A DNA stretch of 64,000 nt from an uncultured Gammaproteobacteria bacterium (GCA_963764725.1 CAVXTM010000001.1:192001-256000); one strand, 5' to 3'; positions 1 to 10,006 are shown, numbered from the stretch's first letter. The notes: generated from the sequence alone by a model not told the origin. A program made the numbers and translations.

Positions 1-509
1 AAAGGAAAATAGGACCCTTGGAATGCCACGAGTCTAGTAGTGTGGAAGTTCTCTAGGTTCCATTCGACGGACGTCCTTTTAAAATCGGCCGTCCAAACGT
101 CCCATTCCTGTGATTGATACAAGAAGTGCCGGAAAACACGTCCGGTAGACCCCCCAAAGTCGAAGAGTTGACCAGTTGTCACTCCATAACGTTGCGCCAA
201 TTCCTTAATACGGAAATATTCACCTAGTCCGGAGAGCCAATATGCGAAATGTTGGTCGCCGGCATACCCTTCGCGGTTTAGTTTAGCGGGAATAGGAGCT
301 GGGTCGCGTGCTAGTGCGGCACCAACGGTTTCGGGATTTAGGCAGTCACCGTAGGAATCGTATAGGTAGGGATATTTTGAGGCCATTTCTGCTGTGAACT
401 GTGACGGATGTGCTGGCGACGGCTCCAGCTCATTCGCCTGCGCATAAGGATTGCAGTAAGCTAAAAGGCTGCTCACCTTTTCCGCTATTATTCTTTCGCT
501 TTGTGACAT
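1..509 (-). CDS. Class I SAM-dependent methyltransferase (partial, runs off window start)
   Basis: Manual translation from ATG at 509: MSQSERIIAEK...REGYAGDQHFAYWLSG...LFDFGGSTGRVFRHF...WTADF; SAM motif I (DFGGSTGR); open to base 1. Confidence 0.75.
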   Translation of the reverse strand, partial: MSQSERIIAEKVSSLLAYCNPYAQANELEPSPAHPSQFTAEMASKYPYLYDSYGDCLNPETVGAALARDPAPIPAKLNREGYAGDQHFAYWLSGLGEYFRIKELAQRYGVTTGQLFDFGGSTGRVFRHFLYQSQEWDVWTADFKRTSVEWNLENFHTTRLVAFQGSYFP

Positions 510-786
510 CGAAATCTCCGACAGTCCCGGATGAGAGAAATTGCAGCGCCGCAGCCGCGACTTAAGTGGAACACACCACGGCGCTCAAGAAACCCCAGTA
601 CCGGTGGCGGAAACAACGCAGCTAATAAGACAACACCGAAAACGCCCCGCACCGTCACCGCTGGCCATCATTGTTGCGAAACGATTTCGCAGTGCCGTGT
701 TCCTGACCCAAGGATCGCGGCATTCGCCGGACTGGTACGACGGCGATTGCTGGGATCCCGGCAAGCTCGACAAGTTCTCCTCCTCC

Positions 787-2474
787 CTAACCCGGCATAG
801 CCGGAACCAAGGTGTTGAATGTACTATTCTGGCGGATGGGCAATAAGAACTGAGATGGGTCGTCGCCATGAACTCCTTTGTTGAACGCCATCAAGCGAAG
901 ATCGCCGCGGTGCTTTGTTGCTTTGACCGCATCGTGATCACTGGCACGCTTCCGGAGATCGCCCATGCCGAGGCTATGGCCCGGTATTTGGGTGTCCGGG
1001 GTATGCGTCTGTTTGACTACCCCCGCTGGGCAGAACCGCTGCGCGAGGCGCTTCGGACCCATGCCGAGCGGCTGGCCGCTGAGGCTTCGTTGGAAATTGA
1101 ATTCATCCGTCATTACAAGGCGTTTCGTAAAGAAGAACGGATCAAAGCGATTTTGGCTTTGCGCGGTGAGCACCCGGGGCTGGTGCATATCTTCTCGGCG
1201 ATGGAGGCCTGTCCTTCGTATCGCCCCTGGCATGACAAGCTTCAGCATACGACCCGTTTGAAGTCTACCCCGGGCAAGTGTTTGCATTATTACTTCTATT
1301 TCATCGATGAGATCTTCGGGCTCTGTTATGTCCGAGTACCCACCTGGGCACCGTTTCGCCTGCAGGTCTATTTGAACGGCCATCACTGGTTAGCCCAACG
1401 ACTGACCAAGACAGGGATCGCCTTTGAGCGCGCCGATAATGCCTTCTTGTCCATCGGCGATCCCCAACAGGCTCAGGCGCTTGCCGATAGCCTCGATCCC
1501 AAAGGCTTGCATCGGCGTTTGGACCGATGGGCGAAAAGCTTCTGTCCTATCTTGGGTCAGTTTCGCGCTGGTTATCACTGGAGCTTCATGCAGGTGGAGT
1601 TGCATCCTCGGCGCGCCAAGCAGGGCCACTCCCTGGCCCTGGCTTTCTCGACCGATGTCATCTTCCACCGCCAAGCCGATTTCCAACCCCTCTATCAAGC
1701 CATCGTGCGTACCGCCGTGCATGCCCTCAAGGCAGAACACGTCGCCACCTTCTTGGGACGCAAACTCACCTCGGCCTTCAGCGGGGAGGCCGGTAACGAT
1801 TTTCACACCCGCATTCAGGGTACACGCATCCGCCATCATATGGGACCAGCAAGCCTCAAGCTCTACGATAAATTCAGTCTCATGGCTCGGGTGGAATGCA
1901 CCGCCAACGATGTCTCCTTCTTCAAACACCACCGTTGGGTGGAACAACGCAATGGGCGCAAGCAATTCAAACTCGCACCCCTGCGAAAAAACATCTATAG
2001 CCTCCCCGATCTGCGAGAGCTGATGCATGCTGCCAATGAACGCTATCTCAGCTTCATGGCCAGCATCGATAACCCCAATGCAGCTCTGCACGCCATCGAC
2101 AAAATGGCCAAACCTGTACGAGAGAAAGACCGCTCCTATCGGGGCTTCAATCTCTTCCTCGGTGAAGATCATAGCCTTTTTATTACCCTCGCCCGCGGGG
2201 AGTGGAACATCAGCGGCTTTCGCGCCTCCGATCTCCGAGCCCATCTCCGGGATCTCTCCACCGGCCGTGCCTCCTACTGGTTGAAACGCTTGCGCACCCA
2301 TGGCCTCATCAAAAAGATTGGACATCGCTACAAGTACTACCTCACGACATTCGGTCGTCGTGTGCTCAGCAGCGCACTCGCTATCCGAGAGTATGTAGTC
2401 ATGCCTGCTCTCAATACCGCTCATGCATGACACTCTTTGCTTTTTTGCACAAGATTTCATGGATAAGGGACTAA
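787..2474 (+). mobile_element. Insertion sequence without terminal inverted repeats, flanked by CTAA
   Basis: CTAA at 787-790 and 2471-2474; empty site restores the interrupted ORF; hairpin CCGGC-ATA-GCCGG just inside the left end; single 520-aa ORF. Confidence 0.8.
868..2430 (+). CDS. Putative transposase of an unclassified IS family (often labelled MarR family because of its C-terminal wHTH)
   Basis: N-terminal CFDRIVITGTLP, GKCLHYYFYF, SLKLYDK...RVECTAND, C-terminal winged helix (GFRASDLR...LKRLRTHGLIKK...YYLT); sole ORF of a delimited insertion. Confidence 0.7.
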   Translation: MNSFVERHQAKIAAVLCCFDRIVITGTLPEIAHAEAMARYLGVRGMRLFDYPRWAEPLREALRTHAERLAAEASLEIEFIRHYKAFRKEERIKAILALRGEHPGLVHIFSAMEACPSYRPWHDKLQHTTRLKSTPGKCLHYYFYFIDEIFGLCYVRVPTWAPFRLQVYLNGHHWLAQRLTKTGIAFERADNAFLSIGDPQQAQALADSLDPKGLHRRLDRWAKSFCPILGQFRAGYHWSFMQVELHPRRAKQGHSLALAFSTDVIFHRQADFQPLYQAIVRTAVHALKAEHVATFLGRKLTSAFSGEAGNDFHTRIQGTRIRHHMGPASLKLYDKFSLMARVECTANDVSFFKHHRWVEQRNGRKQFKLAPLRKNIYSLPDLRELMHAANERYLSFMASIDNPNAALHAIDKMAKPVREKDRSYRGFNLFLGEDHSLFITLARGEWNISGFRASDLRAHLRDLSTGRASYWLKRLRTHGLIKKIGHRYKYYLTTFGRRVLSSALAIREYVVMPALNTAHA

Positions 2475-2699
2475 GCAGCTCGTTCGATTCCGCCATCACC
2501 TCCGCGGCGAGCCCATCCGGTTCCTCCTCGGGAAGCGGCGGTGGGGGTTCCTCACGGGGAGGCGGGGGGCGGAGGCGGGTGGTAGACAAGTTACAGGGCT
2601 CAAGTCTCCTACCTTGCATAACGTGAAATAGGGGAGACGTGATTCCGTATTTGCGTACAACCTTATTCCTACCGTTCCAGCCCGTGTTCGCGTCCACCA

Positions 2700-2846
2700 G
2701 GTCGATCTTTCCGTGAGTCAACGCCGTATCCGCATGCACGCTGGCCTCCAAGCGATGTGAAACGGAGCTTCAGTCTTGAAGTGCCGAAGTTCGTTCTGTA
2801 GCGCTTTCAGGTGTTCGAGAATCAAGTTTACAACGTTGTCGGTCAT
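2700..2846 (-). pseudogene. Degraded small coiled-coil hypothetical protein
   Basis: MTDNVVNLILEHLKALQNELRHFKTE after a purine-rich RBS-like stretch, then frame breaks. Confidence 0.35.
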
Positions 2847-3147
2847 ATCGGCTCTCTCGTAGGAGCGTCGTTGTAGCGTGCAGAGAGAGTGTACCATGAC
2901 CTGATAACTCAAACCGGGGGGAAACGCACGTCGTCGCGGATTATCGTGGTCCCTTGGTCGTGTAAGGGGGGTTGGTTACGGGTTCCGCCTTCGCGGGTTG
3001 TGCGTTCCTCCAGGTGAACGCGCGGGCGGCGGGCTATGTGGCCCCAATCCGTCACAACAAACCGATCCTGAACATCCCTCCTTTAGTCCTTCCTCTAATC
3101 CTTTAATCGCCGGTGAAAGGCTAGGCTGACACCACTTCGAGAAATAG

Positions 3148-3224
3148 GTCGGGTAGACCTGGGTAGTCGCCCACCCAGGTCCCCCTCAGATCCGGACATG
3201 CGCGACTAACGCATCCGGCTCCTC
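3148..3224 (-). ncRNA. Group II intron ribozyme domains V and VI
   Basis: Minus strand GAGCCGGATGCGTTAGTCGCGCATGTCCGGATC (domain V with AGC triad), then GAGGGGG-ACCTGGGTGGGCGACTACCCAGGT-CTACCCGAC (domain VI with bulged A). Confidence 0.88.
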
Positions 3225-4164
3225 AGACAATGGTTTCGCTGCGCGCTTCAGATATGAATGAACGATGCGGGCAGGTGGCAAAGGATGACGAGCCAGAAGA
3301 CGACTCGCATGATCCCAATTGAAACGCCCTCGCTGAGAGCGGCGCCGTAGCCATTTAAGCCACAGTCGTTCCACATGGTAGCAGAGGCGTTGCAGCAACC
3401 GGATATTGCCGGTGATGCCGTAGTAGGCGTAATGACCGCGTAGCTTCCGCTCCAGGTGGGCGCGCTGCTCGCACACCGGCAGGTGGCGGAACCGGCGACA
3501 CCAGAGCTTGATTCGGAGCAGGGCTCGACGGAGACGGTCCTTGGCCGTCTTCTGCTGAATGACCCAGTAGCCCCGGCGTGAGCGACCCCAATAATGGGTA
3601 AAGCCCAAGAAAGTGAACGTTCCCAGCACCGAAACGGTCCCTCTGCGATGCGCTGGCGCGAAATGCACCAGCCGAGTCTTTGTGGGATGCAGCGTCAACC
3701 CATATTTGGCAAACCGCTTGGGTAAGACAGCCAGCACCCGTCGCGCATCGGCCTCCTCGGCAAAGCACAAGAGCGCATCGTCAGCGAATCTGACAGTGAA
3801 CGCACGGCCTCGCAGCCGCGGCCTCACCTCTGCCGCAAACCAACGGTCCAGTACCTCGTGGAGGTAGATGTTCGCCAAAATCGGTGAAACCACAGCCTGC
3901 CTCCGGAAACGTCACCTTCTCTCGCTCCATAACACCGGCGTTAAGCCACTTGTCAATCAAACGACACAGCACACCATCACGCACCCGTTGCTTGATGAAC
4001 GCACGAAGCTGCGAATGATCGAGCGTATCGAAAAATGACCAATCATCCAGCCACCTCCCATCGCCATCGTCGACTGCCACAAGACATCGAGCGCTTGATG
4101 TGCCGAACGGCGGGGCCGAAACCAAAGGAGCAGTCCAAAAAGTCCTGCTCGAAAAGGGGTTCTA
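3186..4164 (-). pseudogene. ltrA: Group II intron reverse transcriptase/maturase pseudogene
   Basis: Fragments in three frames: [61 protein letters not shown]; the GTPQG motif is missing. Confidence 0.85.
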
Positions 4165-5223
4165 GTGACCTGTAACAGGCACTTTAGTAGTGATGCGGCG
4201 TGAGGGATCAAAGTATTTCCACTTCACGGTTTTAGGTTTCTTGTTGTAGTGACGGATATAGCGCATGAGTTTTCTTTTAAGATCATTGACCGAAGTGAAG
4301 ATGCCGCGGGCGATGACATCGCGCTCGATCTTGGCGAACCACAGCTCCACTTGGTTTAGCCAAGAGGAGTAAGTGGGGATGAAATGAAGACGCACGTTCG
4401 GATGCTGGTCAAGGAACTCTTCTACCCGCTTGGTCTTGTGAGCCGAGAGGTTATCCGCGATGACATGGATCTCCTTGTTCTTGGGTTGGCTCGCCACGAT
4501 GTCGGTCAAAAACGCGACAAACTCCGCGGAGGTATGGCGATCGGCGGTCTTACCCAGAATCCCTCCGGTTTTGGTGTTGAAGGCGGCGTACAGACTCAAG
4601 GTGCCGTGCCGGTAATACTCAAAGCCGTGCCGCTCGGCGCGTCCCGGGGAGAGCGGCAGCAGCGGGTCTTTACGGTCCAAGGCTTGGATGGCGGTCTTCT
4701 CGTCCACGCAGAAGACCGCGGCGTGTTGCGGGGGGTTCAGATACAACCCAATGATGTCAGCCGCCTTAGCCTCGAAGTCCGGGTCGTTGGAAGCCATATA
4801 GCGCTCCACCCGATGGGGTTTCAACCCATGCTTAGCCCATACCCGCGCTACCATCATATGAGAAAGCCCAAGCTCGCGCGCAAGCTTGCGGGTGCTCCAA
4901 TGCGTGGAGCCATCGGGCGGTTTCTTCTTGGTGGTCCAGGCCAAGATCTTCGCTTCGCCTCGCACATCGAGTTTGTTCGCCGGCTGTCCCCTGTGCCGAC
5001 TGTACAAACCGGCAAGCCGCTCGTCACTAAAACGTTTGCTCCAGCTATTGATAAACCCATCATTGCATGCGAGCTTGCTTCGAATCTCAGCCCATGTGTG
5101 GCCTTGCTCAAGCAACAAAATCAACCGTGCGCGGCGCGCATCCTCCGCACGGCCCGTCCGACTTATGGCTCGCTTGGTCAATTCCACACGTTCGGTTTCC
5201 ATCAATTTTATCGCGGTTTTCAT
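4162..5223 (-). CDS. IS630 family transposase
   Basis: HWSTRKLA HTH; DDE motifs CVDEK, IADNL, SWLNQVE. Confidence 0.95.
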   Translation of the reverse strand: MKTAIKLMETERVELTKRAISRTGRAEDARRARLILLLEQGHTWAEIRSKLACNDGFINSWSKRFSDERLAGLYSRHRGQPANKLDVRGEAKILAWTTKKKPPDGSTHWSTRKLARELGLSHMMVARVWAKHGLKPHRVERYMASNDPDFEAKAADIIGLYLNPPQHAAVFCVDEKTAIQALDRKDPLLPLSPGRAERHGFEYYRHGTLSLYAAFNTKTGGILGKTADRHTSAEFVAFLTDIVASQPKNKEIHVIADNLSAHKTKRVEEFLDQHPNVRLHFIPTYSSWLNQVELWFAKIERDVIARGIFTSVNDLKRKLMRYIRHYNKKPKTVKWKYFDPSRRITTKVPVTGH

Positions 5224-5265
5224 GACCGCGATTATACTGCTAACTTATATGTTACAGGCCACTAG
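4162..5265 (-). mobile_element. IS630 family insertion sequence
   Basis: Inverted ends CTAGTGACCTGTAACA (4162-4177) and TGTTACAGGCCACTAG (5250-5265) with TA/CTAG target. Confidence 0.92.
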
Positions 5266-5294
5266 TATATGGTTACTGTAATATATTTACACAT

Positions 5295-6008
5295 ATGCCT
5301 GCTGGTGTCATGATGTCCGCCCGAGTCCTCTCGGGAGTCGAGGCCGTGGTGCGCCGCATACCCGGGTTCTGCGCCGACATGGAGATCCTGTTCATCGAGG
5401 GCCACAGCAAGGACGGCACGTTGGACGAGATCCGGCGCGTGATCGCGGCTTATCCGCAATTCGACATCAAGGTGCTAATGCAGGACGGCAAGGGGAAGGG
5501 CGATGCGGTGCGCAAGGGCTTTGCCAATGCGAGAGGCGATGTGCTGATGATCCTCGACGCCGACCAGACGATGCCACCCGAGGCGTTGCCGCGTTTCTAC
5601 GAGGCGCTGGTAAGCGGCAAGGGCGAGTTCGTGAACGGCACCCGGCTGGTCTACCCGATGGAAAAGCAGGCGATGCGCTTCCTTAACCATTTCGCCAACC
5701 AAGTGTTTTCGTGGCTGTTCAGTTGGCTGCTGAACCAGCGTTTCACCGATACCCTCTGCGGCACCAAGGTGCTTTCGAAGCGCCACTACGAGCAGCTCGC
5801 CGCCAGTCGGAGCTATTTCGGCGACTTCGATCCCTTCGGTGATTTCGATCTCATTTTCGGCGCGGCCAAGCTCAACCTCAAAATCATCGAGATCCCGATC
5901 CGCTATGCCAGCCGCACCTACGGTGAGACACAGATCTCGCGCTTCCGCCATGGCTGGCTTCTGCTGCGCATGGTAGTTTTTGCGTTCCGCAAGCTAAAGG
6001 CATTCTGA
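5295..6008 (+). CDS. GT2 (DPM1-like) glycosyltransferase, probably 5'-truncated
   Basis: EGHSKDGT, GKGDAVRKG, ILDADQT, FTDTLCGTK, DPFGDFDL; lacks the first strand and PxxNE motif. Confidence 0.8.
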   Translation: MPAGVMMSARVLSGVEAVVRRIPGFCADMEILFIEGHSKDGTLDEIRRVIAAYPQFDIKVLMQDGKGKGDAVRKGFANARGDVLMILDADQTMPPEALPRFYEALVSGKGEFVNGTRLVYPMEKQAMRFLNHFANQVFSWLFSWLLNQRFTDTLCGTKVLSKRHYEQLAASRSYFGDFDPFGDFDLIFGAAKLNLKIIEIPIRYASRTYGETQISRFRHGWLLLRMVVFAFRKLKAF

Positions 6009-6759
6009 TGAGCGAAGAAATCCTGCGGAACCATCGCGAGTTGTGGCGGCAGAAACCAGTCCTTCGTGCCATTTATTCCGACTTCTACGAGAGAATTACG
6101 GCTGCCTGTCGTCCCGGCCTTTCCTTGGAAATCGGCGGTGGATCAGGCAACCTAAAAGACTTCGCGAGGGAGGTTGTATCCACCGATATCGTCCAGGTGC
6201 CATGGCTGGATGCGGCGGCGGATGCTCAAGCGCTTCCGTTCGCCGCGGGAAGTTTCGCAAACGTGGTCTCCGTTGAACGTGCTGCACCACATCGAACGGC
6301 CGCGGCGATTCCTTGCAGAGGCCGAGCGGGTGCCAACCTGGTGGCCGTGTCATCTTGCTTGAACCCGCGATCACTCCCATTAGCTGGGCGTTCTATCGCT
6401 TTTTCCATCCCGAGCCGGTTGTTTTGAGTGCCGATCCTTTGGCGGACGGGCCGCTCGATTCGAACCGGGAGCCTTTCGATGCTAATCAAGCGATTCCTAC
6501 GCTGCTGTTCGAACGCTATCGGCAGCGTATGATTCAGGCCTTCCCTGGCTTAAAGATCGTCCAACTAAAACGGCTCAGTTTGTTCGCGTATCCTCTATCC
6601 GGCGGGTTTCGTTCCTGGTCCTTAATCTCAGCCGCCGTCGTCGGTCCAATGCTAAGCCTAGAGCGGAGGCTTTCTCCTCTAATCGGCCGCTTGGCAGCCT
6701 TCCGGCTTTTCGTTGTCATCGAGAAGCAGGACGCATACGCTAATTCGCGACATTTGTAG
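6008..6759 (+). pseudogene. Class I SAM methyltransferase with two frameshifts
   Basis: LEIGGGSG, then VLHHIERPRRFLAEAERV, then PGGRVILLEP in three different frames (shifts near 6275 and 6333). Confidence 0.8.
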
Positions 6760-6764
6760 CCGTA

Positions 6765-7814
6765 ATGACCGCAGTCCGTCAATCTGGTCGGAGCGAGTCT
6801 TCGCTGAAGCGTGGGGGCTTCGTTCGAGTCGCGGTTACCGTTCTGATCCTTGCCTATCTTGGTTTCAAGGTGCATTGGGCTGAATTGGGGAAACAATTTC
6901 TCAGGAGTGATCCACTTTGGTTACTGCTCGCCTGTTTCATTTTTGGCGCAGCGTTTCTACTTGGGAGCCTCCGTTGGTGGCTCCTTCTAAAGGTGCAAGA
7001 GATCTATTTACCCTTTCGAGTCGTTACGGCACTCACGTTTGTTGGGCAGTTCTTCAACTCCTTTCTGCTTGGGGCAACCGGTGGCGATGTCGTGAGGACT
7101 TTCTATACGTTGAAGTACAACCCTCAGCAAAAGACTCACGCTACACTCTCAGTCATTGTTGATCGGGTTATGGGCGTGGTGACGTTACTCTTTTGTGCTC
7201 TTATCGGATTAGCCTGGCAGCTTGGCCGCGTGATGCAGCGTGATGACATCCGTGTAATCGGCCTCGCGCTGTTAGTCGTTTTCGGAGTAATCGTAGCAGG
7301 CATGACGAGCCTCGCCCTTATACCCTTCAGGCGATTGCCAGCCGTATTTCACCGATTCTGGAATACAATTCCCAGGCGTCACAATCTTGAATTGCTTATC
7401 GGTGGGCTGCGCCAACACGGCAAGTCAGTGCACCTTACGATTTATGCCCTGCTCTGTAGCTTTGCCATTCACGTTCTCGTTTTCACGGCGGCTTTTTGTA
7501 TTGGCCAAGCTATTCATCTCGATGCGACGTATGGGGAGATTATCGTCGTACTCGCGGTCGTAATCTGTGTTGTCAGCTTGCCAATTAGCATAGGTGGTCA
7601 TGGCGTCCGTGAAGGAGCGTTCGTCCTAATGTTTGCTGCGTTCGGTATCATTTCTATCGATCGATACACGGGTATGGGTCAAGAGCCCGCAATCTTGTTT
7701 TCCCTCTTATTTTTTGCCCTGCTCTCGGTATGGAGCTTTATAGGCGGATTGATCTACCTCACCTTCGACCATGCCTACCACAATGCCGGGTCGTCGGCCC
7801 CGCGATACCCATAA
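6765..7814 (+). CDS. Lysylphosphatidylglycerol synthase TM-region / flippase-like protein (UPF0104)
   Basis: RWWLLL, GQFFNSFLLGATGGDVVR, DRVMG, LPISIGGHGVREG; many TM segments. Confidence 0.85.
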   Translation: MTAVRQSGRSESSLKRGGFVRVAVTVLILAYLGFKVHWAELGKQFLRSDPLWLLLACFIFGAAFLLGSLRWWLLLKVQEIYLPFRVVTALTFVGQFFNSFLLGATGGDVVRTFYTLKYNPQQKTHATLSVIVDRVMGVVTLLFCALIGLAWQLGRVMQRDDIRVIGLALLVVFGVIVAGMTSLALIPFRRLPAVFHRFWNTIPRRHNLELLIGGLRQHGKSVHLTIYALLCSFAIHVLVFTAAFCIGQAIHLDATYGEIIVVLAVVICVVSLPISIGGHGVREGAFVLMFAAFGIISIDRYTGMGQEPAILFSLLFFALLSVWSFIGGLIYLTFDHAYHNAGSSAPRYP

Positions 7815-7872
7815 GGGCGTCGACCAAGATGTAATGGTCCTCCATGGCTTGCCGCAGCGAGGAACCGTGGAA

Positions 7873-8883
7873 TCACCGGCTGCCTGGCCGCTTTCCGCGC
7901 TGCGCGCCAATTTCCACCGCAATCAGTGCGATCAGTTGAGACAGCAGGGCCGTATCAAGCGGCGCCGGTGTCGCGTCATCGCCGTCGAGGAGCTCGTCAA
8001 ACAGAGGGCCTGGTTCTTTGAGGAAGCGCCGCGCGACTTCTGCGTTGGACACCTGGTAATAAGCGACGATCTCGGCCGCGAGACTTTTGCTCATGCGGTA
8101 ACGGGTGCTTATCGTCCGGGCGGCCATCGCCTTTCCGATAAACCAGTCCAGCTCGCTGATCTGGGTGACAGTGTTTGCGATTCGTTTGAACTCGAGCAAC
8201 TCGGCCGGCAGGCTCGCATTGATGTAATCGTCCGCCGCGGACGCAAGACTATTGATGTCCGCTTCCTCGAATTTGAGATCGCAGGCTTCCAGGACGGCCT
8301 TGGTGAACAGATGCCCCGGCGCCTCGCGCGTAACTCGTTCGAAAACCAAAACGCGCAGGGCAGCGTCTCCGAATTCTCCGGCCCAGGCTGAAAGCTTAGC
8401 ATACCAGTCCCAAGGGGAAGCCTGTCGGGGGGACCAAACCAGAGGCTGTGTGCGGCCCGTTCCCTTCACTTGCTGGTTGTAAATGGACTCGAGAAACCGA
8501 TCCTGCCGGCGCAAGCACACGATGATACGGACGTCCCGCGCGTGAATGCCGAATCGAGCGAGAAGGCGCGCGGTGGCCTGCGGCCCGCAGTCATTTAGGT
8601 ATTCGCTCGATATAAGAATGTGCTTACGTTCACGCACCGCAGCCTCGACTTCTGAAACAACGGCGTCATTGCCGCTGGCTAGAACACTCTGATAGTGCGA
8701 CCACGCAAATCGGGGATCGCTCTTGTCGAGGGCCTCAATCGCAAACCGGTGATGCGCCATGATCCCCAGGGGCGTCCAGTAACCCTTGGGATCTAACAAG
8801 GGACGCAGCTTTTGAATTGCGCCTTGGACTGTGCTTGTAGCGGTTTTCGGCAAGCCAATGTGCAGATATACAGTCGTCATCAA
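7873..8883 (-). CDS. Sulfotransferase-like P-loop protein
   Basis: YLHIGLPKTATSTVQ, ILISSEYL, LRRQDRFLESIYNQ. Confidence 0.65.
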   Translation of the reverse strand: MMTTVYLHIGLPKTATSTVQGAIQKLRPLLDPKGYWTPLGIMAHHRFAIEALDKSDPRFAWSHYQSVLASGNDAVVSEVEAAVRERKHILISSEYLNDCGPQATARLLARFGIHARDVRIIVCLRRQDRFLESIYNQQVKGTGRTQPLVWSPRQASPWDWYAKLSAWAGEFGDAALRVLVFERVTREAPGHLFTKAVLEACDLKFEEADINSLASAADDYINASLPAELLEFKRIANTVTQISELDWFIGKAMAARTISTRYRMSKSLAAEIVAYYQVSNAEVARRFLKEPGPLFDELLDGDDATPAPLDTALLSQLIALIAVEIGAQRGKRPGSR

Positions 8884-8980
8884 ACGGATCTCTCAGCGGT
8901 GACGGAAAGAGTCATCGCCACGCCGCGGTTAAACGCGCATTGTCGGCTTCATGGAGTTTCGCCTGAATCCGGACTCGCCA

Positions 8981-10006
8981 TTAGTGTTTCGGGCTCTGCG
9001 CCGGAACAGAGGCCGGGCCGCGACGCTCTGACAATTCCGCAGCACATATGGCCAGAAGCTTACACAGCGTTTCAAGCGAAACCGCGAGCGGCAGCGCTGC
9101 GCCTTCCTCGACGTTGCTGTCAAATAAATCACCCGCCTCACCGAGATACTCGGCCGCGACTCTCCGGTTGGAGGGACGATAGTGCTCGATAATCTTATGT
9201 ACCGTACTGGCGTCCAGTCCGAGTGGCAAACCGCCGATCCCGCGAGCCAGCGCCTCGTCCATGAGCCAGTCGAGATCGCCGGGCCTGGTTACTTGTTCCG
9301 CAAAGAGTTTGAAGGCCAGCAGCTCGGTCGGCAGACTGCGATTTTCCCATTTACCGTTCCGCTCTTCGCGTTCGCGCACCAGTTTCGCGTCATAGCGAAC
9401 GCCGCAGGCGTCGAGCAAGCGGCAAGTGATACTTTCCTTTTCGGCGGCCAGGCGATCAAACACCTGAACCTTGATGGCCTGCTTGCCGAATTCCTCGGCC
9501 CACGGTTGCAGCCTTGCGTACCAGTCATGCCGCTGCGTCATGGCGGCGAACGGGGCGAGTGGTTTGGTGCGATTCAGGGCTTTGACATCTTGATTGAAAC
9601 CGGACACTAATATTCGATCCTGCCGGCGGAGAACAGCGATGATGGTGACGTCCTCGCGACTCATCCCCGACGATTCGAGCAACGCTTTGAGCAGTCGCGG
9701 ATCCGACTCGCTGAAGTATTCCGATGAAAGAATGACGGTGTGTGCATTCGCCGTCACTGGCCGGCACTGCTTGATCGCTTCGTCCAGACCGATCGCGGAC
9801 TTGATGTGCTGGAAATCAGGCCTTTGATGTAATCCGCTGCCAACGGGGGTCGCTTCCACGGCTAGCCGGTGACAAGCCAAGGTGGTGGCGGGTATCCAGG
9901 CGCCTTGCGCGGCAAAGCAATCGCGCATGCCTACAAGCACAGCCTGAATCAGGCTGGTCGCGGTTTTCGGCATGCCGATATGAATTCGTAGGCTGGCCAC
10001 AGTCAT
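8981..10006 (-). CDS. Sulfotransferase-like P-loop protein (paralog of 7873-8883)
   Basis: IHIGMPKTATSLIQ, ILSSEYF, LRRQDRILVSGFNQ. Confidence 0.65.
   Translation of the reverse strand: MTVASLRIHIGMPKTATSLIQAVLVGMRDCFAAQGAWIPATTLACHRLAVEATPVGSGLHQRPDFQHIKSAIGLDEAIKQCRPVTANAHTVILSSEYFSESDPRLLKALLESSGMSREDVTIIAVLRRQDRILVSGFNQDVKALNRTKPLAPFAAMTQRHDWYARLQPWAEEFGKQAIKVQVFDRLAAEKESITCRLLDACGVRYDAKLVREREERNGKWENRSLPTELLAFKLFAEQVTRPGDLDWLMDEALARGIGGLPLGLDASTVHKIIEHYRPSNRRVAAEYLGEAGDLFDSNVEEGAALPLAVSLETLCKLLAICAAELSERRGPASVPAQSPKH

Larger units (their letters stand above)
715..2586 (+). pseudogene. C-terminal remnant of a DUF2207-like membrane protein gene, interrupted by the IS at 787-2474
   Basis: Removing the IS and one CTAA joins ...SPDWYDGDCWDPGKLDKFSSS-L-SSSFDSAITSAASPSGSSSGSGGGGSS in frame, followed by a degenerate GGGW* tail typical of DUF2207 proteins. 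Confidence 0.7.
3148..4164 (-). mobile_element. Group II intron, 3' half only (5' part lost at IS630)
   Basis: RT/maturase remnants plus domain V/VI and an AC 3' end at 3148. Confidence 0.85.

Noticed and set aside
868-2430. MarR transcriptional regulator call
   Set aside because: The wHTH is only the last ~80 aa and the gene fills a delimited insertion
1390-2751. 453-aa minus-strand ORF
   Set aside because: Antisense shadow of the transposase and the Gly/Ser-rich DUF2207 tail; crosses the IS boundary
3186-4164. Retron, DGR or defence RT
   Set aside because: Adjacent domain V/VI and a maturase domain identify a group II intron; no template/variable repeat pair
4384-5265. 293-aa plus-strand ORF
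   Set aside because: Antisense to the IS630 transposase
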